This document shows positions 10,912 through 19,956 of a stretch of DNA of 64,000 nt, in pieces. Numbering within the stretch: position 1 is the first letter of the stretch; the number at the start of each line of letters is the position of its first letter. The position numbers were made by a program, and so were the translations under genes. The stretch comes from an uncultured Nitrospiraceae bacterium (GTDB taxonomy: Bacteria > Nitrospirota > Thermodesulfovibrionia > Thermodesulfovibrionales > UBA6898), in the NCBI GenBank assembly GCA_963811165.1, contig CAWEQH010000010.1:736001-800000 (forward strand), in the 5' to 3' direction. The notes beneath the pieces are model-generated. The model saw only the letters and a program-made list of their open reading frames with translations. It was not told the origin of the DNA and did not search any database.

Positions 10912-11604
10912 CACCGATAATTCATAATTTTTTTATGCGAAAGAAGGCAGGACATTGGGAGCAACGGAAAAAGGGGGAAAAAGGGGATTTACTGCGCTTT
11001 GGAACGCGTTATCATGGGCTCAGAAGGGGGAGGAAGGACCTTATCTGACGATTCCGATTATTTTTATTTTCATATTCTATCCCTCCTGGTGTTAATTCTC
11101 TCTCGTATGCAGAACAGCCAGGAATGGGCGCCAACGGATATTGATATGGCGACTTCTGAAGAATCACTTACAACAGCAGTTTTACAAAGATATCAGGCTT
11201 TGTATGTTTACTTATGATTGTTGGCGGCAAAAAGGCAGGCTACTTCATAGATCTCCAACCTTCTCATTTCTTCTGGAAATCGATAAAAGATTCGTCTATC
11301 AACTCCTGCTGATTATCGGGTGAAGACCGAACCGAGAAGAAACCTGCGCGGCGCTGCAGTGATTTTTTGCATATTGTTTTGACGGACGAATACCTCGAAA
11401 GTTTTTCCGACCTTTTTTTAGGAAATATCTATATTTTTGCAGCTCAGTGCCTGCCCCGCGGAAAAAACCAAAGGGAGAGACGCGCTTCCGCGATATCTCC
11501 ACGGTGAAGAATTTAGATCAGGGCCGCAACCAAGGATGCCGAAACCTGTTGACATATATGTAAATAATTTTTATTATTGTACACGAAATTACAAGGAGGG
11601 AACC

Positions 11605-12603
11605 ATGGTACTGTTACGAAATCTCCTCTTTCTTCTCATCATTCCTGCAATCGTTCTTTCAGGGTGCGAATCTCTGAAGTCGTCAAAGGCCATACTCCCG
11701 ATAAAGGAATACGAACTGATGATAGCCGGAAGGCTCGATGCCAACTATGTGGGGACGGCAAACTGTCTTGCCGCATGCCACTTCCACGACAGGATCAGGC
11801 GCGATTTTGAAGCGAGCACGATGGGGGTCCAGCTTTCAAAAAAATCGGGGATGCCTCTTGTCGACTGCGAATCATGCCACGGGCCCGGAAGTCTGGCAAT
11901 CGAGGGCCTGACCGTGGAGAAGGTCGAGCAGGACCAAAAGGAGGGGAAGCAGACCGCTTGCGATTTCAGGACGCTGATCAATATTAAAAGCCTGCCGGCC
12001 CAGGCCAGGTCACTCATATGCCTAAAATGCCATACCGCCAATGCGACCTTCAACCTGCATAACTGGAACGCAAGCGCCCACTCCATAGGCGACGTTTCAT
12101 GCTCCGAATGTCACAAGGTCCATGCGGGACCCGACTTAACGGTGAGGCTGGACGATATGGCAGGCATGTGCGAGAAGTGTCACATGGATGTGCAGGCCGA
12201 GTTCTCTCTGCCTAGTCACCACCCGATACACGAAAAAAAGATCTTCTGCATAAGCTGCCATGACCCCCACGGGACGACAAGCGACAAAATGCTCCGCAAG
12301 GCGGGCATCAAAGAGACCTGCACCCAGTGCCACGCCGAAAAAGAGGGGCCCTTTGTCTTTGAGCATGCGGATATCACGGAGGACTGCAGGACCTGCCACA
12401 CCCCGCACGGTTCCGTCAATAATAACCTTCTGACACAGCAACTGCCGTTTCTGTGCCTTCAGTGCCATTCGGGGCACAGGACGTCGAGCACCTCTTCTGC
12501 CGAATCAAAGGCGGCGTTTTATACGAGGTGCACGGACTGTCATTCCCAGATCCACGGCTCAGATCTTCCTTCTCCGGTCGGCAGGAGAAGGTTTACGCAA
12601 TAG
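11605..12603 (+). CDS. Decaheme c-type cytochrome, DmsE/MtrA-like lipoprotein
   Basis: 9 CXXCH plus one CXXXCH (CLAACH); lipobox LSGC; KEGPFVFEH and CHSQIHGS motifs; GGAGG RBS before ATG 11605. Confidence 0.92.
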   Translation: MVLLRNLLFLLIIPAIVLSGCESLKSSKAILPIKEYELMIAGRLDANYVGTANCLAACHFHDRIRRDFEASTMGVQLSKKSGMPLVDCESCHGPGSLAIEGLTVEKVEQDQKEGKQTACDFRTLINIKSLPAQARSLICLKCHTANATFNLHNWNASAHSIGDVSCSECHKVHAGPDLTVRLDDMAGMCEKCHMDVQAEFSLPSHHPIHEKKIFCISCHDPHGTTSDKMLRKAGIKETCTQCHAEKEGPFVFEHADITEDCRTCHTPHGSVNNNLLTQQLPFLCLQCHSGHRTSSTSSAESKAAFYTRCTDCHSQIHGSDLPSPVGRRRFTQ

Positions 12604-12619
12604 GGGGGACTGAACAATT

Positions 12620-14584
12620 ATGAAGAGATACGTTTATATCGCGCTTATCTCGGTAATGCTGATGAGCGGCCGGGCCTTTGCCCAGGCAGAAGGCCCTTCG
12701 TCCGGGGAAACAGCCGTCGAGGAAGCCCCTCAGGAAGAAGGGTACACATTCCCTACTATTAAACCCGATTTCTCTGTCTCGGGGGGATACCGGTTAGTCC
12801 ACAGCGACGGGTTCGACAGAGCGGCCGAGTATGAATACCTCCATAACTCTCTCACACTCGGCGGTGAACTCAGGATGTTTTCCTTCCCCAACAGGTTCCA
12901 TCTGGAATTCGACGTCAAGAACGAGAAGGACTTTAACGGCGATGTTACCTATATGTATCGGGACATCCTCCGTTTCAGGGGCGTCACCAGCAGCCTCTTC
13001 CATAACCTCGAAAATATCAAGCTCATGGACCTGGACCCCACAACCCCCTCACCCGGCGTAGAGGTCAGGGACGCCGAGACTAAATACGGGACCCGGACGG
13101 GTATGAGCAACGCCTCTCTTAGGTTCAAGACGCCCGACTTCCCTTTCCATGTGTATGTCGAAGGGAGCCTGGTAGAAAAGAACGGAACGCAGCAGCAGAG
13201 GAGCCTGCTCGGTTCGGGCTCGTTCAACAATATCGTCAGGGCCTCTCAAAGCAGAAACATCGACCTTGACACAAAAACCGTGACCGTCGGAGCAAACAGC
13301 CATCTCGGCCCTGTCGAAGTCGATTACTCACATAGTGAAAAGAGACTCGACGTCGGCGGCGACAAGGTCCTCTTTGATTTTTATACCGCCTCGGCGGCAA
13401 GGGCGGCGGGAGAATTTCCGCACAATCTGATACCGGACCTCAAGAGCTCTACAGACACCGTAAAGATCCATACTTCATACACGGGGGCCCTGGTCGCATC
13501 GGCTACCTTCTCGAAAATCGGCAAGGACAACAAAGACAGCGGCGCCAAGGCGGATTATTTCATAGGCGCTGGAGAAATCTCGTGGGTTGAGTCTCCGAGG
13601 CTGTCCTTCTTTCTCAAATACAGGCATAAGGAATCCGACATAGACAACCCCGACGTCGTAAGCATCACGGACAGGACTAACCCTCTGAACACTTACACCT
13701 ACGCCGTTGAGCCGGCCATCTCTTCGGTCACCGACAACGTCAGCGGCATCGTCAGATACAGGCCGCTTTCAGGGGTAACCCTCAGGGCGGACTATATCTA
13801 TGAAAACATCCGGCGTGACGTCTCCCCCGATTGGGACGTCCCCCAGAACACACAGAGGAACTCCGCATCGATCTCGGCCGATATCAGGCTCATCAGGGGC
13901 CTGGACTTCAAGGCAAAATATACACACAAGTACATCACCAACCCGGCTTATAATACGGAACCGGACCATTCCGACGAAGGCAGGGTATCGCTCACCTGGA
14001 TCCCGCTGCCGCGGCTCAACGCAACGGTCAGTTACAGCATCATCAGCGAAAAAAGGGATGACCTCCTTTTTACCGACACCGCGGACGCAAGAAACAGGGA
14101 GGTAAACAGGAACAGGCTGATGGGAAGCGTCACGTATTTGCTCTTAAGGGACCTTTCGGTCACGGTCAGCTATGCATACATGCATGACAGGACAAGGCAG
14201 GACATCGTGTACCAGGACCCGGCCGGAACTCCGCAGGTAGACCCCTTTGTACCGAGTACGGACATGGTGCATAACTATGTCCTCAACCTTAATTATGTTC
14301 CGAAAAATAATATCACCCTAAATACAGGAGTGAGCTATACCGTAAGCAACGGGGAGTTTTCTGTGTCGGACCCAAACCTCCTGGAGCCCGTGTCGATCGA
14401 TTCTTTTTCTCGGCTCAAGACAAGGGAGATCATCTACTACCTCTCCGGTGAATACAGGTTTAAGGGAGGTTGGGCGGCAGGCTTTCAGTACCGCTACAGC
14501 AACTCCGACGATATCCTGGCTTACGACGACTTGACGGACGGCAAGACCCATATCGTATTGCTGACACTTTCAAAGAGATGGTAA
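12620..14584 (+). CDS. MtrB/PioB-like outer-membrane beta-barrel protein
   Basis: Signal peptide, RAAEYEY motif, amphipathic beta-strands, C-terminal Trp, directly follows the decaheme gene. Confidence 0.8.
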   Translation: MKRYVYIALISVMLMSGRAFAQAEGPSSGETAVEEAPQEEGYTFPTIKPDFSVSGGYRLVHSDGFDRAAEYEYLHNSLTLGGELRMFSFPNRFHLEFDVKNEKDFNGDVTYMYRDILRFRGVTSSLFHNLENIKLMDLDPTTPSPGVEVRDAETKYGTRTGMSNASLRFKTPDFPFHVYVEGSLVEKNGTQQQRSLLGSGSFNNIVRASQSRNIDLDTKTVTVGANSHLGPVEVDYSHSEKRLDVGGDKVLFDFYTASAARAAGEFPHNLIPDLKSSTDTVKIHTSYTGALVASATFSKIGKDNKDSGAKADYFIGAGEISWVESPRLSFFLKYRHKESDIDNPDVVSITDRTNPLNTYTYAVEPAISSVTDNVSGIVRYRPLSGVTLRADYIYENIRRDVSPDWDVPQNTQRNSASISADIRLIRGLDFKAKYTHKYITNPAYNTEPDHSDEGRVSLTWIPLPRLNATVSYSIISEKRDDLLFTDTADARNREVNRNRLMGSVTYLLLRDLSVTVSYAYMHDRTRQDIVYQDPAGTPQVDPFVPSTDMVHNYVLNLNYVPKNNITLNTGVSYTVSNGEFSVSDPNLLEPVSIDSFSRLKTREIIYYLSGEYRFKGGWAAGFQYRYSNSDDILAYDDLTDGKTHIVLLTLSKRW

Positions 14585-14595
14585 AGGACGACACC

Positions 14596-15558
14596 ATGAA
14601 ATCCCGACTTCACGCTGCTCTTCCCGATGCCGGACTCAGAATTATATATCTGCTCCTCATCCCCGTGCTCATTATTTTTTTGACGGGTCCGGCCGCCTCG
14701 GCAGCTCAAAGAACTATAGGTATCATCATGACCGGAAACATTCCTTACTATAAGGATGTCCAAAAGAGCTTCACCGAGACGCTGGCAGCGGAAGGTTTCG
14801 GCCCCGGCAGCGTAGATCTCGTAGTCCAGACGCCGTCGCCCGAGCCCATGTCATGGACAAATGCAGCCAGGAAGCTGGTCACCATCGGTTCTCACCTAAT
14901 CGTCTCCTATGGCGCGCCTGCCACGATTTATGCGATGGGCGAGACCTCCGATATCCCTATCGTGTTTGCCGGGGTGTATGACCCCCACGCGGTCGGGGTT
15001 ACCGGCAAAAACGCAACCGGTATCAGCTCGAAGGTGCCCGTCGCAAGTATTCTCAAGAATTTAAAGAGCATTACCAACTTCTCCACTTTGGGCGTTGTCT
15101 TCAACGATTCAGAAAAAGACACGGTAGTCCAGGCCAACGACGTGAAACAGCTTGAATCCGCTTATGGGTTTAAGTCGACGAGGTTCAACATCAAGAAAGC
15201 ATCCGATTCCCCGAAGATCGCAAACGTAGATGCCCTCCTTTTGACGACGGGTTGCGCGGCGATGCACTGTGTCTCAAATATAATCGGCATTGCACGAAAG
15301 GCCAAGATCCCAACCGCCGCTACCATAGCGGGCGGGGAGACGTCGGGCATCATACTTACGATCGCGGCGGACCCCCATGAGCAGGGCAGGGAGGCCGCAA
15401 AAATGGTCGCCAGGATCCTCAAGGGAGCTAAGCCCTCCTCCATTCCCATCGAACAACCGAAAAAAATCGACGTCATAATAAACCTCAAAGAGGCCACGGA
15501 TATGGGACTCAAGGTGCCGTTTGATTTGCTGACTTCGGCCACGAAGGTAATAAGATGA
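14596..15558 (+). CDS. ABC-type substrate-binding protein (ABC_sub_bind family) with no cognate permease
   Basis: IPIVFAGVYDP, NATGIS, ARILKGAKPSSIPIE, INLKEA...LL..A. Confidence 0.85.
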   Translation: MKSRLHAALPDAGLRIIYLLLIPVLIIFLTGPAASAAQRTIGIIMTGNIPYYKDVQKSFTETLAAEGFGPGSVDLVVQTPSPEPMSWTNAARKLVTIGSHLIVSYGAPATIYAMGETSDIPIVFAGVYDPHAVGVTGKNATGISSKVPVASILKNLKSITNFSTLGVVFNDSEKDTVVQANDVKQLESAYGFKSTRFNIKKASDSPKIANVDALLLTTGCAAMHCVSNIIGIARKAKIPTAATIAGGETSGIILTIAADPHEQGREAAKMVARILKGAKPSSIPIEQPKKIDVIINLKEATDMGLKVPFDLLTSATKVIR

Positions 15559-17630
15559 AGATGGACTTTAATCTTCAAAAGAAAGCGGTCCTATTGATAG
15601 CGGGCATTCTCTTTTTTACCATCGCCATAAATACCGTCGTGCTCACCATGGTCGGGACGGAAAAATTTAAAGACGCGATCTTTTCAAAGACCGAATCCGC
15701 CGGCGAGGGTATGCAGAGGGACCTTGGCAAGGTCCTCAGTCTCGGGGTCCCCATAGAGTCCCTCGAAGGCATGAACGAGAAGATGAAGGAGCTGGTTACG
15801 CGGGACAAGGCGATCGGATACGCAATGATAATGGACACACAGGGAAAGATCTTGTTCCATAGCAGCGAGGCCGAAATAGGCAAGGTACTCAAAGACAGGA
15901 TCACAACAGCCGCAATCTCTTCCGATAAAATACTCCGCCAGACCGCAGACTCCTTCTACGATTTCTCATTTCCGCTTCTTAATGCCGAGGGAAAGATTGC
16001 CGGGACCCTCCGTGTAGGGCTGCGGGCCGAGGCGATAAATTCCCAGCTTTACGCACTCCTTCTCTGGGCGGTAGGCGCCTCAATTCTCTGTTTCGCGCTC
16101 TCTCTCTCCTTGGTCTCTTTTTCGATTTCGAAATTCATTACACGGCCTATCTCGGTCATGGAAAAGACGGCCGACAGGATCGCAGCGGGTGATCTCACCG
16201 CGGCAATAGACATCAAAGGCCGGGGCGAGATTGCGTCTCTCGGCCAGGCGATAAACGGGATGGCCTTCAATCTTAAGGACATGCTCTCCAAGATTAGCGG
16301 CATCACGGGCAGCGTCGCGGGTGTAACGACGAATATCGCCACTTCCTCCCAGACGATACTGTCCATCGCAGACGTGCAAAAGCGCTCCGTCGAAGAGACC
16401 ACCCTTGCGATGGAGGAGATGGACGGTTCCGTCTCGAAGGTCGTGTCAAGCGCAGGCAGCCTCTCCGAATCCGCAGAGCATACCTCTTCGGCGATAATGC
16501 AGATGTCCGCTTCTATAGAGCGCATAGCCGAAAACGCAAACGTCTTCAGCGAGACCGCCCACGACACCGCGTCCTCCATCGAGGAGATGGTCTCATCGAT
16601 CAAGCAGATCGCGGCTAGCATAGAGAACCTCTCCGCATCATCGGAGGAAATCGCATCGTCAATAGACGAGGTGAACGCCACTACCAAGGACATCGAACGC
16701 CGGGCGGCCGACTCCGTCGCCCTTGCAGAGAAGGTCATGACGAACGCGTCCGACAGGGGAATGAATGCGGCGACCGCGGCGCTCGACGGTATGGAGAACA
16801 TAAAGAAAGGCGTCGTCGCGCTTTCGGACGTCATCAATATGCTCGGCAAGAGGACTTTCGATATCGGAAAGATACTCAACGTCATCGACGACGTTGCCGA
16901 CCAGACCAACCTCCTGGCGCTCAACGCGGCAATTCTTGCTTCAAAGGCGGGTGAGCACGGCAAAGGGTTTTCTATCGTGGCCGACGAGATCAAGAGCCTC
17001 GCGGAGCGGGCCTCCGTCTCCACCAATGAGATCGCCGCTCTCATCACGTCGGTGCAGGACGTGACAAAATCGAGCATAAGAATGGCCTCCGACGGGATCC
17101 AGACGGTCGATAAAGGGTTCCTCCTCGTAAAAGACATGGACAATGCCCTGCGTGAGATAGTCGAGAGTTCCAAGGCCTCCACCGAAATGGCAAAGGCAAT
17201 CCAGAGGGCCACCGCAGAGGAATCGCAGGTAATCAAACAGATTACCGATGCCATAGAAGGCATGACCGAACAGACGGAAACCATCTCCCGCGCGATCCAG
17301 GAACAGAGCAAAGGGAGCAAATTCATTATAGAGGCCACCGAAAGGGTGAAAGAACTCTCCCGCCAGGTGAAAACCGCTACAGGCGAGCAAAAAGACGGCA
17401 GCAGGCAGATAGCCGGGGTAATCGATAACGTCTCGCAGCAGGCCTCGCAGATCGCAGGCGCCACGGCAAAACAGAAGGAAAAGAGCATCTCCATAGTCCA
17501 GTCAATGCAACAGATCCATCTGGCCTCCGATAAACTGATTAGTTCGGGAAACGAGATGAACCAGGTCATTGGCTCGTTGAAGGAGGAGGCCCTGAACCTC
17601 CTGAAAGAGATTCAGAAGTTCAAGGTCTAG
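15555..17630 (+). CDS. Methyl-accepting chemotaxis protein (2 TM, HAMP, long signalling domain)
   Basis: IDDVADQTNLLALNAAILASKAGEHGKGFSIVADEIKSLA; ATGA overlap with the upstream gene. Confidence 0.95.
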   Translation: MKMDFNLQKKAVLLIAGILFFTIAINTVVLTMVGTEKFKDAIFSKTESAGEGMQRDLGKVLSLGVPIESLEGMNEKMKELVTRDKAIGYAMIMDTQGKILFHSSEAEIGKVLKDRITTAAISSDKILRQTADSFYDFSFPLLNAEGKIAGTLRVGLRAEAINSQLYALLLWAVGASILCFALSLSLVSFSISKFITRPISVMEKTADRIAAGDLTAAIDIKGRGEIASLGQAINGMAFNLKDMLSKISGITGSVAGVTTNIATSSQTILSIADVQKRSVEETTLAMEEMDGSVSKVVSSAGSLSESAEHTSSAIMQMSASIERIAENANVFSETAHDTASSIEEMVSSIKQIAASIENLSASSEEIASSIDEVNATTKDIERRAADSVALAEKVMTNASDRGMNAATAALDGMENIKKGVVALSDVINMLGKRTFDIGKILNVIDDVADQTNLLALNAAILASKAGEHGKGFSIVADEIKSLAERASVSTNEIAALITSVQDVTKSSIRMASDGIQTVDKGFLLVKDMDNALREIVESSKASTEMAKAIQRATAEESQVIKQITDAIEGMTEQTETISRAIQEQSKGSKFIIEATERVKELSRQVKTATGEQKDGSRQIAGVIDNVSQQASQIAGATAKQKEKSISIVQSMQQIHLASDKLISSGNEMNQVIGSLKEEALNLLKEIQKFKV

Positions 17631-17642
17631 CAGGGTTCGGCG

Positions 17643-18329
17643 CTATTTGGGTTTCCGGACTGACAGGAGCCTCTTTGTGGCGCTGCGGACCGCCTCGCAG
17701 ACGTTCTTGTTCTTTTCGAGGATGACCAGGTCTTTCGTCCTGAGATCGCTCACATGTGTCACTGAGATCCCCGGAGGGGTCTTAGGGTTCGTGACGATGG
17801 CAAGGGTGACCGCGTAGTTTTTCATCCATTCCCTGTTCCTCGATATTCTCCTCAGCGCCTCCTCAATCGCCTGTCTGTTCCTGGCGATCATCTCGACCTC
17901 GGACTCGGTAATTTTGCCGTTTTCAAGGACGCTAAGCATCACCTCCTTGTTCGAATCCCTTGCAAGGATACCCCTTATCTCTCTGCCGCCCTTAAGGGCC
18001 AGTTGGATCCTGGCCGATATGCTCAGGCTCTGGATCTTGGTCGTAAGGCTCACGGCCCTCGCCTCTTTCGTCTCCTTCGCCTTCTCCGCCTTTACCATGG
18101 CAAGGCTGGACCTGGTCGGAAGGTTAAGGTGCTCCTCGACGAATCTCCTCACTTCTTCCGGGGTGTCGGGGTTTTCAAGGATAAGCCTCAGGATTTCGGG
18201 GCGGTGAAGATTTGCCTTTGCGACCTCCTCGAAGATACCGGGCTCGGACGCATCACCGAGAAGGATTTCGAGAATCTCCTGCGATGCGCCGGCATAATCG
18301 AGCAGTATAAGCTTCTGCGGATCTTCCAT
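17643..18329 (-). CDS. Conserved hypothetical protein
   Basis: LALKGGREIRGILARD, NREWMKNY, NPKTP; translationally coupled to tlyA. Confidence 0.75.
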   Translation of the reverse strand: MEDPQKLILLDYAGASQEILEILLGDASEPGIFEEVAKANLHRPEILRLILENPDTPEEVRRFVEEHLNLPTRSSLAMVKAEKAKETKEARAVSLTTKIQSLSISARIQLALKGGREIRGILARDSNKEVMLSVLENGKITESEVEMIARNRQAIEEALRRISRNREWMKNYAVTLAIVTNPKTPPGISVTHVSDLRTKDLVILEKNKNVCEAVRSATKRLLSVRKPK

Positions 18330-19067
18330 CTAAGTTCTCCCAAGGTAAATGAAATATTCTATGTTGCCCTTCTGTCCGCGGACAGGCGATTCAAAAACCC
18401 CGAGCGTCTGGAGCCCGGTCCCCTCAGCCCACTGGCGGACGCTCTCTACTGCAGAGAGCCTCGTGGACTCGTCCTTCACGATGCCGCCCTTGCCGACCAT
18501 GCCCTTTCCCGCTTCGAACTGCGGTTTTATGAGGGCAAGGACCTTGCCCCCGCCGCCCATGAATTCGAGTACCCTCGGCAGGACCTTCAGAAGCGATATA
18601 AAAGATACGTCTATGACCGCGATATCGACAGACTCCGGGACCGCAGTATTTTCGATGTATCGTATGTTCGTTTTTTCGAGCAACACCACTCTTGGATCAT
18701 TTCTCAGGGACCAGTCCAGTTGGCCGTAACCGACGTCTATAGCATACACCTTTCGTGCATTTTTTTTAAGGAGACAATCCGTGAATCCGCCCGTAGAACA
18801 CCCGACATCCATCGCGACCATCCCCCCGGGATCTATCCCAAAATGCTCCAGGGCCGCTTCAAGCTTCAACCCGCCGCGGCCCACATAAGGGCACTCCTTT
18901 TCCTTAAGGATTATTTCGCCGGCCACAGCCACGAGGCTGCCGGCCTTTGTGACAACGGCCCCGTCGACAAAGACGTGTCCCTCCATGATGAGCGCCTTCG
19001 CCCTCTCCCGGCTCTTCACGAGCCCCCGGTCTATGAGAAGTTTATCGAGTCTCTCCTTAATTTTCAT
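18330..19067 (-). CDS. tlyA: TlyA family rRNA methyltransferase
   Basis: S4 domain RLDKLL, YVGRGGLKL, DVGCSTGGFTD, DVSFISL, LIKPQFE. Confidence 0.95.
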   Translation of the reverse strand: MKIKERLDKLLIDRGLVKSRERAKALIMEGHVFVDGAVVTKAGSLVAVAGEIILKEKECPYVGRGGLKLEAALEHFGIDPGGMVAMDVGCSTGGFTDCLLKKNARKVYAIDVGYGQLDWSLRNDPRVVLLEKTNIRYIENTAVPESVDIAVIDVSFISLLKVLPRVLEFMGGGGKVLALIKPQFEAGKGMVGKGGIVKDESTRLSAVESVRQWAEGTGLQTLGVFESPVRGQKGNIEYFIYLGRT

Positions 19068-19089
19068 GAAAAACGTCCCAGGCCCTATT

Positions 19090-19893
19090 TCAACTGCGCT
19101 TGTGCTTTAGGACTACTTGCTCGAACATCATGGCTAACCCGACGCCGAGATCAAAGATTGATTGAATAGGTAAATAATTTTCAACCGTTGACTCGAAGAA
19201 GATATGAAGAGACGATGCGATATCGCCATCTGCTTTCCAGTAGCAGATCAAGATCGGCACTTTTGGAAGCGGGTACAAGATCAGCGATATATCTGATGAA
19301 AACATATTTGACGACCTGTCTCCGCTAAAAATATAGATGAGATCTTCAAATAGGTCCGTATGGGTATCGGCCATCTCTTTAAGGGGTTTTTCGCACAGCT
19401 GCTCAAAAAGAGAACTCCGCTCCGCTCCCATTCTTAATTCTCTAAATGGAATCCATTTGCCGGATACATTGTCATCCTTATTGGTAATGACATAGTCAAG
19501 TAATATGAGCGTTATCCAGGCATGAGTGTGACATTCAGACGTAATATTCCCCATCGAATCCATGTAGAAGTCCTTGCCGAGACATTTAATAGCCAGCTTG
19601 TCACCAATCATTCCGGCGCCAAGTTTCTGAGCGGATGAAAGCAAATCTATCGAATGTATTTTACTTCTGAGTTGATTCGCGGCCTCCTCCCTCTTTTGGA
19701 GGATAGATTTGTGTGTATCTATCTTCTTAATCACCCCGGCGATACTCCTGTCGATATGCGGGCAATCGGTAAGTTGCTTTTCACCGCTTAATACGCCCGT
19801 AGAAAAAGCCATACACGACGGAAGTGAGCATTGCCTGCAATTAGATTTCGGGAGTAATTTGTATACGTCCAAAGGAGATTTAATCTGTGTCAT
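19090..19893 (-). CDS. Fe-S domain plus DUF3786 protein
   Basis: LPKSNCRQCSLPSCMAF...CP N-terminus; LYPLPKVPILICYW C-terminal domain. Confidence 0.8.
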   Translation of the reverse strand: MTQIKSPLDVYKLLPKSNCRQCSLPSCMAFSTGVLSGEKQLTDCPHIDRSIAGVIKKIDTHKSILQKREEAANQLRSKIHSIDLLSSAQKLGAGMIGDKLAIKCLGKDFYMDSMGNITSECHTHAWITLILLDYVITNKDDNVSGKWIPFRELRMGAERSSLFEQLCEKPLKEMADTHTDLFEDLIYIFSGDRSSNMFSSDISLILYPLPKVPILICYWKADGDIASSLHIFFESTVENYLPIQSIFDLGVGLAMMFEQVVLKHKRS

Positions 19894-19956
19894 TATCCTA
19901 TCCTTATTGATTAATCCGGTAGCAATAAAGGCAGAGCCCCCGAAACAGACCAGAGC

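Noticed and set aside
11440..11560. Possible c-di-GMP/GEMM riboswitch upstream of the decaheme gene (CGCGGAA...TTCCGCG stem)
   Set aside because: Lacks the GGCAAA/GAAA tetraloop/GACGCAAAGC signature; an Rfam scan would be needed.
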